This document shows positions 39,955 to 47,305 of a stretch of DNA of 64,000 bases, piece by piece. Source of the stretch: Candidatus Kerfeldbacteria bacterium (lineage in GTDB: Bacteria > Patescibacteriota > Patescibacteriia > SBBC01 > CAIJZX01). Position numbers and translations under genes: made by a program. The notes beneath the pieces are model-generated. The model had not been told where the DNA came from, did no database searches, and was given only the letters and a program-made list of their open reading frames with translations. The stretch lies in contig CAVSWO010000001.1 of assembly GCA_963731735.1 (NCBI GenBank), forward strand, positions 64,761 to 128,760, written 5' to 3'. Each line of letters opens with the position of its first letter. Positions within the stretch are counted from its first letter, which is position 1.

Positions 39955-41732
39955 CGCTTCAGGACAGCAAAATAGGCTGATTGCGGGATATCCACCCGTC
40001 CGTGTTGGCGCATCCGCTGTTTGCCCTTTTTTTGCTTTTCCAGCAGCTTGCGTTTTCGGGTGACATCCCCGCCATAGAGCTTGGCCGTCACGTCTTTCCG
40101 CATCGCCGGCAAGGTTTCACTGGCGATGATTTTTCCGCCAATCGCGGCTTGAATTTTGATCTCGAACATTTGCCGCGGTAAGAGTTTTTTGAGACGTTCC
40201 GTAATTGCCCGGCCGACCGAATAGCTGGCATCACGGTACACCATGGAAGCCAGCGAATCGATCGGTTCGCCGGCCACCAGCACATCCAGGCGTACCACGT
40301 CGGCCAGCTGGTAGCCATCCAGGCGGTAATGCACCGTCGCATACCCGGCGGTCACGCTTTTAATGGTATCGTAAAAATCAACTAAAATTGAGGCCAACGG
40401 CACGGAAAAATGCAGCACCGCCCGGTCGGCTTCAAGATATTCAATGGTGGTAAATTCCCCACGGTACCGTTGCAGTGTTTCCATCACCGGCCCGATTGAT
40501 CCGCTGGGCGTAATCACGTCGAGCGCGAGGAGCGGTTCCTCAATCCGATCCAAACTCGCCGGATCCGGCAAATCGAGTGGACTGCGGATGACAATCGGCT
40601 GCGATTGCCCACGCTGAAAAACATGGTAGGCCACCGAGGGCGTGGTCATCGTGACTGACACATGGTACTCGCGTTCGAGACGCTCCCGAACGATATCGAG
40701 ATGCAAAAGTCCAAGAAAGCCGCAACGAAACCCCGGACCCAAGGCCGGCGAATGTTCAGGTTCAAATTGGAGCGAGGCGTCGTTTAATTGGAGCCGTTCC
40801 AAAGCTTCGCGGAGATCAGCGTAGTTATCACCTTGTTCAGGAAAAATTCCGGCAAACACCATCGGTTGAATGTCGCGATAGCCGGGCAGGGCCTGGGTCT
40901 GGGCACCCTCAATCGTCACGGTATCACCGACCTTGGCTTGGGCGACAGTTTTCAGTCCGGTCACGATGTAACCAATTTGGCCGGTGGTGAGCGCGGGAAC
41001 AGCTTGGCGGCCGGGAGAAAATATTCCGACATCCAGCGCAGTCGTGCGAGCTCGCGTCCCTCGTAAGATTATTTTTTGGTTGGGCTGAACCTGACCGTCC
41101 ACCACCCGAATATAGGTGACGACCCCTTGATATTCATCATAGGTCGAATCAAATATCAGCGCCCGGAGCGGCTGGTCGGGTTGACCGCTGGGAGGCGGTA
41201 TCGCGGCGATAATCCGCTCGAGTATCTGGTCGATTCCCTGGCCGGTTTTACCGGAGGCTTCAAGCACCGCAGCCGGATCGATGGATAGCAACGAGGCGAC
41301 CTCGGCTTTGACTTTAACCGAATCAGCATTCGGTAAATCAACTTTATTGACAATCGGGATAATTACTAATTCTTCTTGTTTCGCTAAATCTAAATTGGCC
41401 AGTGTTTGAGCCTGGATGCCCTGAGTAGCGTCAACAATCAAGAGCGCGCCTTCAACCGCGGCCAGCGAGCGGGAAACTTCGTAGGCAAAGTCGACATGGC
41501 CCGGAGTATCGATCAAATTTAGTTCATAGCCCTGCCAATGCATCCGAACCGGCGCCAACTTGACCGTGATCCCGCGTTCTCGCTCAATATCCATCTGATC
41601 GAGTAATTGAGCCCGCATTTCACGTTTGGTGATGGTTTTGGTGTGCTCCAACAAACGATCGGCCAGGGTTGATTTGCCGTGGTCAATATGCGCGATGATC
41701 GAAAAATTTCTGATCCGACTGAGTGGCGTCAT
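39951..41732 (-). CDS. lepA: elongation factor 4 (LepA)
   Basis: IRNFSIIAHIDHGKSTLADR, GFRCGFLGLLH, KLYGGDVTRKRKLLEKQK. Confidence 0.97.
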   Translation of the reverse strand: MTPLSRIRNFSIIAHIDHGKSTLADRLLEHTKTITKREMRAQLLDQMDIERERGITVKLAPVRMHWQGYELNLIDTPGHVDFAYEVSRSLAAVEGALLIVDATQGIQAQTLANLDLAKQEELVIIPIVNKVDLPNADSVKVKAEVASLLSIDPAAVLEASGKTGQGIDQILERIIAAIPPPSGQPDQPLRALIFDSTYDEYQGVVTYIRVVDGQVQPNQKIILRGTRARTTALDVGIFSPGRQAVPALTTGQIGYIVTGLKTVAQAKVGDTVTIEGAQTQALPGYRDIQPMVFAGIFPEQGDNYADLREALERLQLNDASLQFEPEHSPALGPGFRCGFLGLLHLDIVRERLEREYHVSVTMTTPSVAYHVFQRGQSQPIVIRSPLDLPDPASLDRIEEPLLALDVITPSGSIGPVMETLQRYRGEFTTIEYLEADRAVLHFSVPLASILVDFYDTIKSVTAGYATVHYRLDGYQLADVVRLDVLVAGEPIDSLASMVYRDASYSVGRAITERLKKLLPRQMFEIKIQAAIGGKIIASETLPAMRKDVTAKLYGGDVTRKRKLLEKQKKGKQRMRQHGRVDIPQSAYFAVLKR

Positions 41733-43333
41733 GGATTGGCTGGTTTACTGCCGCGCCGGAGTTTTGCGAGTAAGCGATCAACTCCGTGCCGTATCAAATA
41801 GGCTTCATCTAAACGAAATAACGTGGCAAAAATGGTATAGCTCAAAACGCCGACGATCCCGGCGCCAACCGCTTGGGCCAGTACGCCAATCGCCCGCGAC
41901 AAATCGAGGCCGAAACTGACAAAGAATATTTTTGAGCCTTGCACCGCCACCGCCATCAAGATGGAGACACCGATAATTTTGAGTGTCGATTGGATTATCC
42001 GATCATCATCCAGCGAACCTAGCCGCCGATGGAGCGTCCAGGTTAATAAACCCGCGTTCACCACGCTGGAAATAGTATAGGCCACCGCCAAACCTTGAAC
42101 ACCCATAATTGGACTCAGTAAGACCGAGCCGGTAATCGCCAGGGCTACGGCAATCACGGTGTATTTGACCGGCGTCTTGGTGTCCTGCATCGCGTAGAAT
42201 GAGCGGGCCAGAACCGGAATCAACGACTGGGCAAAAAATGAGAGGGCAAAAAATCCCAAGGTTTGGGCGGTCGCGATGGTCTCCGCCCAGGTGACTTGAC
42301 CGGCGCCGATAATTACTCGAACGAATTGCGCGCGTAACTGCAGAAATAAGACCGTCAGCGGAATGATAATAAACAGAATCTGTCGGACAATCTGGGAAAA
42401 ATGTTGAATAAATTCCTTCCGTCGATTCTGTCCGAGCAGTTCGACAAAGACCGGAAACGCCACCGTCGCGATTGAAACACCGACGATACTAATCGGCACG
42501 TCCTGAATGTCATTCGCCCAGCGAAAAACCGAGAGATTCGATGGACCGAGACGGGTGGCGATCGGAATCGTGGCGAGTTGATTCAATTGGGTCACCGACT
42601 GTCCGATCGTGCGAGGTACCACGAGTTTTCCAATTTGCCGGACCCCTGGGTGCCGATACCCGGCACTTGGTCCGAACCGCCATCCGATCCGCCACGCCGC
42701 GATAAAGTTCGAAGACACGTGTAAGAAAGCTCCCACCACCGCTCCCCAGGCCACGCCGGCTTCACCCAGAAATGGCACCAACACAACAATCCCGAAAATT
42801 ATGCCTAGATTATTCAGCATCGGCGCCAGCGAAACCGCTAAGAAGTGGCGGAACGACTGTAAGACGCCGGCAAACACGTTGCTCATCGCGAACAACAGCA
42901 TGTTCATCGAAAGGATGCGGGTCAGCAGGATGGCGGTGTGCTGGGAATCCGCACCGAATTCACGCCCGACCAATAATTTCACAATCGGTCCGGCTCCGAA
43001 TAGCAGCGTGATTCCCAAAATGGTAAATAGCCAGACCAAAACATTCAAAATCGAACGAGAAATCCGCCAAGCCTCGTCCGGGTTTTTTTGCCGGTAAGCA
43101 ATAAAAACCGGCATAAAGGCCGTCAGCAATGAACCTAAAATCAGCGTCCCGTACAGGAAATCCGGAATCGCAAAAGCAGCGTAGATAGGATCCGCTCCCT
43201 CGGCCCCAAAGGTTGAAGCAATCAGGCGCTGGCGGATTAACCCCAGCCCCTTACTGATTATCCAACTCGATCCGACTAAGACCGCTCCTCCGACAATAGT
43301 GGTCTGGAGCTTCAGAAATATTTTCCGCCACAT
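41729..43333 (-). CDS. murJ: lipid II flippase MurJ
   Basis: SKGLGLIR, AAFAIPD, FMPVF, RSFYAMQDTKTP. Confidence 0.93.
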   Translation of the reverse strand: MWRKIFLKLQTTIVGGAVLVGSSWIISKGLGLIRQRLIASTFGAEGADPIYAAFAIPDFLYGTLILGSLLTAFMPVFIAYRQKNPDEAWRISRSILNVLVWLFTILGITLLFGAGPIVKLLVGREFGADSQHTAILLTRILSMNMLLFAMSNVFAGVLQSFRHFLAVSLAPMLNNLGIIFGIVVLVPFLGEAGVAWGAVVGAFLHVSSNFIAAWRIGWRFGPSAGYRHPGVRQIGKLVVPRTIGQSVTQLNQLATIPIATRLGPSNLSVFRWANDIQDVPISIVGVSIATVAFPVFVELLGQNRRKEFIQHFSQIVRQILFIIIPLTVLFLQLRAQFVRVIIGAGQVTWAETIATAQTLGFFALSFFAQSLIPVLARSFYAMQDTKTPVKYTVIAVALAITGSVLLSPIMGVQGLAVAYTISSVVNAGLLTWTLHRRLGSLDDDRIIQSTLKIIGVSILMAVAVQGSKIFFVSFGLDLSRAIGVLAQAVGAGIVGVLSYTIFATLFRLDEAYLIRHGVDRLLAKLRRGSKPANP

Positions 43334-43596
43334 AGGTGTGGGCCGACTCTACCATTTTTTTTGCCTTTTCGCAACTCCAAATCCGGCCGAATCAGGAGCG
43401 GTCCCACGCTGCGGTATCAAACGGAGGAGACGTTTGGTCCTTCAGTGTTGGGACATCGCTGATTCGGCCAGATCTGGGCAGCCCGTTTGGTTGTGCTGTA
43501 AAAAAGTGTATGCCCTTCTCACCAATCCGCCAAATTTGACGACCAGGTGAGAAGGGAGAGCACTCAAAACGAGTGCTCTCCACGAAATGACCAATG

Positions 43597-43827
43597 TTAC
43601 CGTAAGGCTTGCCGGGCATCGTAGTGCGGCTGCCGCTCGAGCAGGACCGTAACCGGGCTGGCGGTCGGATCCGGAATGAAGTCGTTGAGTTCATCCAGTT
43701 CCGAAACCGTCAATCGAGCATACAGCACTTGCTGGAGTCGGAGCTTGTCCCGGAAAACGGAGACCACGGCCAGGCTGAGCACGATCACCATACCCAGCAA
43801 CATCCAGGTACTCCAGATCCAAATCAT
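43597..43827 (-). CDS. hypothetical small membrane protein
   Basis: GGAGG SD, N-terminal TM helix, ATGA overlap with the upstream ORF. Confidence 0.6.
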   Translation of the reverse strand: MIWIWSTWMLLGMVIVLSLAVVSVFRDKLRLQQVLYARLTVSELDELNDFIPDPTASPVTVLLERQPHYDARQALR

Positions 43828-44039
43828 GGTCCCTCCATTGGGAACAGCAGTTGGGTACCGGCCAAAACCGTCAAACGTTCATCGTCGGACAGAAAGATGC
43901 AGGCTTCGACCGGACAGCGGTAAGACCGCCGCCGGTGCCAGGGCTCCAGTCGCTGCGTAACGCAGTGGGAGCCGGCCGGAATTGGCCGTTTGCACAGCCA
44001 ACAGACACAGCGCCGGGGGGCAATGACGGCCTCAGGCAC
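43824..44039 (-). CDS. hypothetical Cys-rich (zinc-finger-like) protein
   Basis: GTG start 4 nt after the previous stop; CWLCKRPIPAG...C....C. Confidence 0.55.
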   Translation of the reverse strand: MPEAVIAPRRCVCWLCKRPIPAGSHCVTQRLEPWHRRRSYRCPVEACIFLSDDERLTVLAGTQLLFPMEGP

Positions 44040-44043
44040 GCGA

Positions 44044-44469
44044 CTACACGCACCACCCCTCGAACCAATCGACGATCTCGTCATCGAAGTCCTCGAATGC
44101 GTTCTGGAGATCCTCCGACTCATCCGCTCGGTCGTAGTCATCTGCCGTCATCTCCACTCGCGGATCGACCGCGAAATAGACTTCATTGAGCAGCCGCTGA
44201 TGCTCAGCATCCAGCCATTCCTGGATCTGTTCCGCCAAGCTCAGCTTGGACAGGGAGTCGATCTTTCGACGACGACTCATCCGTTCCTGGCGATCATCGA
44301 AATGCCGACGCCGCCAGCCGGTCGGGTGCAGCTGACGCTTGGCCAGTTGCGGTTGTCCATGGCGAACTTTCGCATCCACCGGGTGACATGAGATGACCGG
44401 AACAATCAGCGTCCAGAGTGGTTCAACACTGACCCGATCTTCCTTGGATGAATTGAGTCCTTGCATCAC
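44044..44469 (-). CDS. hypothetical protein with acidic C-terminus
   Basis: GGAGG SD before GTG/ATG; alternative start at 44280 (MSRRRK). Confidence 0.55.
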   Translation of the reverse strand: MMQGLNSSKEDRVSVEPLWTLIVPVISCHPVDAKVRHGQPQLAKRQLHPTGWRRRHFDDRQERMSRRRKIDSLSKLSLAEQIQEWLDAEHQRLLNEVYFAVDPRVEMTADDYDRADESEDLQNAFEDFDDEIVDWFEGWCV

Positions 44470-44515
44470 ATCCCCTCCTGGGTTGGTGATTGGTCAATTT
44501 TTGACAAGGTGCTTC

Positions 44516-44593
44516 CTCTCATGAGCGCCCGATGTGGAGGAACATCAGACGCTCGTGAGAGTGGGAGGACGAATTGTCGGAATTCGCCCTCCC
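44516..44593. repeat. intergenic double hairpin, copy 1
   Basis: 20 bp stem (44516-44561) plus second hairpin (44563-44593); shares a 21-mer with 46155-46175. Confidence 0.8.
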
Positions 44594-44692
44594 TGGTTGT
44601 TGGTAGAAAGAACGTTAGGTAAACGGCTTCACGCGCATCACCACCTTTCTCCGCCCCGGAATCAGTCCGATGGGCGTGTGGAATTCGGTCGG

Positions 44693-45181
44693 CTAGGCCG
44701 CCCGCTGACGCTGCTTCCGCTGCCGCCGGTCCTGCTCCTTCGGCTTGGATGCCGACGACTGCTCGTCCTTGACCGGATAACGGCGACGCTTGCGCCGCTT
44801 GCCGCTGCGATGCTTCTCGGGACCGATGTAGATCGGCGTCGATACCATCCGTTCGGTCGGAACCGTCTGCTCAACTACTGTTTCGGACCGCAACCAAAGT
44901 TCATGGGCGTGGTCGTGCAGTTTGTCCCGCTCCTCCTCGATCCGGATCGACAGTCCCCGGATATCGATGTAGAGCTGGTTGATCCGATCCGTGGCCCAGG
45001 CAATACACCTGGTTTCGTAGACCGTAGGTTTGGGACCGCAGGACTGTACCCGGTTCGTGAGATTCATGATCTCGAACTCGCAGTCGGAACGCCGGCTGGT
45101 CAACTTCTCCAAGCATCGGACCGCCTTCTGCAGTCCGTCTTCATGAAACTGGATAGACAGGGGTGTGAAGACCGCGTTCAT
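44693..45181 (-). CDS. hypothetical protein with basic C-terminus
   Basis: GGAGG SD 6 nt before ATG 45181; 162 aa. Confidence 0.6.
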   Translation of the reverse strand: MNAVFTPLSIQFHEDGLQKAVRCLEKLTSRRSDCEFEIMNLTNRVQSCGPKPTVYETRCIAWATDRINQLYIDIRGLSIRIEEERDKLHDHAHELWLRSETVVEQTVPTERMVSTPIYIGPEKHRSGKRRKRRRYPVKDEQSSASKPKEQDRRQRKQRQRAA

Positions 45182-45225
45182 GGCAACCCTCCTGGTTGAG
45201 GTAGTCAACAGTTTTGAAAGATCTC

Positions 45226-45322
45226 CTCCCTTGAGCATTCCATCGTGAGCGGCTCACGCCATGCTTGATGAAATGCTCGAGGGAGGGTCAGGAGATGCGC
45301 GCAGTGCGTGCATCTCCTGACC
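45226..45322. repeat. intergenic double hairpin, copy 2
   Basis: CTCCCTTGAGCATTCCATC...GATGAAATGCTCGAGGGAG plus GGTCAGGAGATGC...GCATCTCCTGACC. Confidence 0.7.
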
Positions 45323-45330
45323 GGGGTACA

Positions 45331-45507
45331 TCACGGGCGACCGAAGAGCCGCTTCCAGAACGGCCGCCGACGCTGCTTGCGCCGCTTGGCCGGACGAACA
45401 CGATCTCCGCTGGTCCTGACGCGTTTCAGCTGCCGACGCTGCTTGGTGCTGGACAGCCAGCCCTTGGGATCAAGCGCCAATTGCAGATCTTTGAAAAATC
45501 CGGTCAT
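45331..45507 (-). CDS. hypothetical small basic protein (58 aa)
   Basis: GGGGG SD-like run before ATG 45507; MTGFFKDLQLALDP...RRRPFWKRLFGRP. Confidence 0.5.
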   Translation of the reverse strand: MTGFFKDLQLALDPKGWLSSTKQRRQLKRVRTSGDRVRPAKRRKQRRRPFWKRLFGRP

Positions 45508-45700
45508 TGAATCCCCCGTCGTGCTAGGCACGGTAGAAGATGACATCGTGCAGCGAGACTCCCATTCCCTCACGAGCCATGGCCAACACATTCTTCGCGC
45601 GATTCGGTCCCATCCTGTACCTCCATGCGCTTGAGGTGTGAACGATGCTTCCCTGAGGCCAACCACATGTTGGCTGGAAGCGTTTGATGCTTCGCCTGCT

Positions 45701-46099
45701 TTACAGCTTCGGCCATGGGGTAAAACACCACAGCAGGAACAGAACGCCGATCGCCTTGGCCAACCCGGTTACCACCATGCGAACTTTGGTGTTCGCCTGA
45801 TCCAGGTCATACGCAAAAGATGAGTATTCTCCCTGCATGGTCTGGTTAACCTGGGTGGAAATCTGGCGCAATGATTGCAAGGTGTTGCCACAGTGTGTAG
45901 CCATTGAAAGGCCGATCAGTAGACCAAAAATCGCGAGTGCTCGGCCCATCCAAAGTTGATGGACGATGTGATTCACGATCCAGGCCGACCCAATCATCAA
46001 CATCGAGAAGATGAAGAGAACTGTGAAGGTGATCAATTCTTGCCGAAAGACTCGATATTGCGTCAGCAACGACCGAATAAAGATCTCCTTGGGATACAT
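45701..46099 (-). CDS. hypothetical membrane protein (3 TM)
   Basis: AAGGGG SD before ATG 46099; three hydrophobic segments. Confidence 0.6.
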   Translation of the reverse strand: MYPKEIFIRSLLTQYRVFRQELITFTVLFIFSMLMIGSAWIVNHIVHQLWMGRALAIFGLLIGLSMATHCGNTLQSLRQISTQVNQTMQGEYSSFAYDLDQANTKVRMVVTGLAKAIGVLFLLWCFTPWPKL

Positions 46100-46142
46100 G
46101 GTCAACCCCTTGTCAAGGTATACGGATTGAAAGGTTCAAATC

Positions 46143-46210
46143 TCTCTTGAGTATCCGATGTGGAGGAACATCAGATACTCGAGGGAAGCGGGGTTTTGAG
46201 AAGACCTCGC
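46143..46210. repeat. intergenic double hairpin, copy 3
   Basis: CTCTTGAGTATCCGATGT-GGAGGA-ACATCAGATACTCGAGGG plus GCGGGGTTTT-GAG-AAGACCTCGC. Confidence 0.8.
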
Positions 46211-46226
46211 CAACCCCTTGGATTGC

Positions 46227-46457
46227 TCAGGCAGATTGCCGGTGACTTTGCTGTTCCAACCAGATGCGATTGTGGGAGCGGATAACCTCACGGATATCCT
46301 CACCCATCAAGTCACAGGCTGCCCGGAGCATCCGCACATCGGTGGTTTCGCCGTTCGTGAAATTGACGATGATGTGGTAAGCCTCGGTAACTTCGGATAC
46401 CGGCTGCGAAGCCTGATCCGAATTGATGCCAAACAGCATCTGCATGAAGCGCCACAT
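46227..46457 (-). CDS. hypothetical protein (76 aa), first main ORF of the island
   Basis: AAGGA SD before ATG 46457 (MWRFMQMLFG...). Confidence 0.6.
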   Translation of the reverse strand: MWRFMQMLFGINSDQASQPVSEVTEAYHIIVNFTNGETTDVRMLRAACDLMGEDIREVIRSHNRIWLEQQSHRQSA

Positions 46458-46499
46458 GGAATATTCCTTTCCGGGCGGCAAGGGGTATGATTGATGCAA

Positions 46500-46681
46500 G
46501 GAACACAGCAGGAGGCGAGCGAGACGCGATTTTGCCGAACCGAGGTCAGACGTATCGCGTGATGTCCGTGTGCCGAGGCTTTGAGAGTTAGACCCTCGTA
46601 GCCTGAAGCTCAGGACGGCCGGAATCAATCCATGCTTGAAAGCAAATTGACCGCCGGTGCTCTCCCCTCCTTGTGCATTCC
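46500..46681 (-). ncRNA. unknown ~180 nt structured RNA motif, copy A (strand uncertain)
   Basis: Aligns with 46788-46966 with compensatory changes; closed multi-branch fold. Confidence 0.65.
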
Positions 46682-46787
46682 GTGAAGGCAGGAAGTAAAG
46701 TTGTAAGATGCTCTCGGAACAACACGATGGCTTTGATCATCCGTCGATTCCTCCGATGGTAGGCAAGTAGAATGAACGTGGAATTTC

Positions 46788-46966
46788 GGAACATATCGGG
46801 AGGCAAGCGTACCGCGTTTATTCGCCCGAAGGTGAATGTCGCGGTGATGTTGACGCGGTCTGGCTTTGGAAGTCGAGACCTCCGAGGCTAGGCAACGAAA
46901 ACGGCTGGAATGGATCCATGCTTGTAGCGAATCCAGAACCAGTGCTCTCCCCTCCCCGTATGTTCC
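46788..46966 (-). ncRNA. unknown ~180 nt structured RNA motif, copy B (strand uncertain)
   Basis: Closing stem GGAACATA..GGGAGG / CCTCCC..TATGTTCC enclosing three arms. Confidence 0.65.
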
Positions 46967-47227
46967 CCCGTCGCGGATACAACCGTGACCGACGGGGACT
47001 TCAATCCATAGGTTCCTGCGACTCAAGACACGCGGCCCGAAGCCGCAGAACCAACGGATTGAAATGAAAACAGGTGTGGTAGTTGAGGACAATGTCGACA
47101 ACACACCACACCCGTTTGCTTGGATATGAGAATATGTTTCGAACAACGTCTCCTCAACGCGTTCTTCCGAATAATTGTAGGGTGCGCTCGAAGCTGTCTC
47201 CTCTTCAGTTCTCAAGCGTAACGAAGC

Positions 47228-47256
47228 AGCATACAGCAGCCCTTTCAATATGTCAA
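47228..47256 (-). promoter_or_regulatory. sigma70 promoter driving the island
   Basis: TTGACA (47256-47251), 17 nt spacer, TATGCT (47233-47228). Confidence 0.75.
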
Positions 47257-47305
47257 GAGGGCGCTGGCGCTACCCTGTGCTATTTTGGCTAATCTTAGCT
47301 TAATT

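Larger units (their letters stand above)
43377..47256 (-). other. accessory ORFan island with structured leader and repeated intergenic hairpins
   Basis: Own promoter, small ORFs mostly with strong SD, internal repeats; no recognisable housekeeping or mobility gene. Confidence 0.7.

Noticed and set aside
44516-46210. Integron attC sites
   Set aside because: No RYYYAAC/GTTRRRY core boxes or extrahelical bases, and no IntI gene in the window; kept only as an analogy.
44516-46966. CRISPR array
   Set aside because: Repeats are few, diverged and separated by hundreds of bases containing ORFs; no cas genes.
46500-46966. Known ~180 nt or tandem riboswitches (lysine, cobalamin, glycine, c-di-AMP, T-box)
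   Set aside because: Their signature motifs were not found by eye on either strand; an Rfam scan is still needed.
46625-47248. 207 aa ORF in the track
   Set aside because: Starts within the promoter spacer, has no SD, lacks protein-like features and overlaps the covarying RNA motif.
43377-47256. Intact prophage, retron or DGR
   Set aside because: No integrase, structural gene or reverse transcriptase is visible and no flanking direct repeats were seen.
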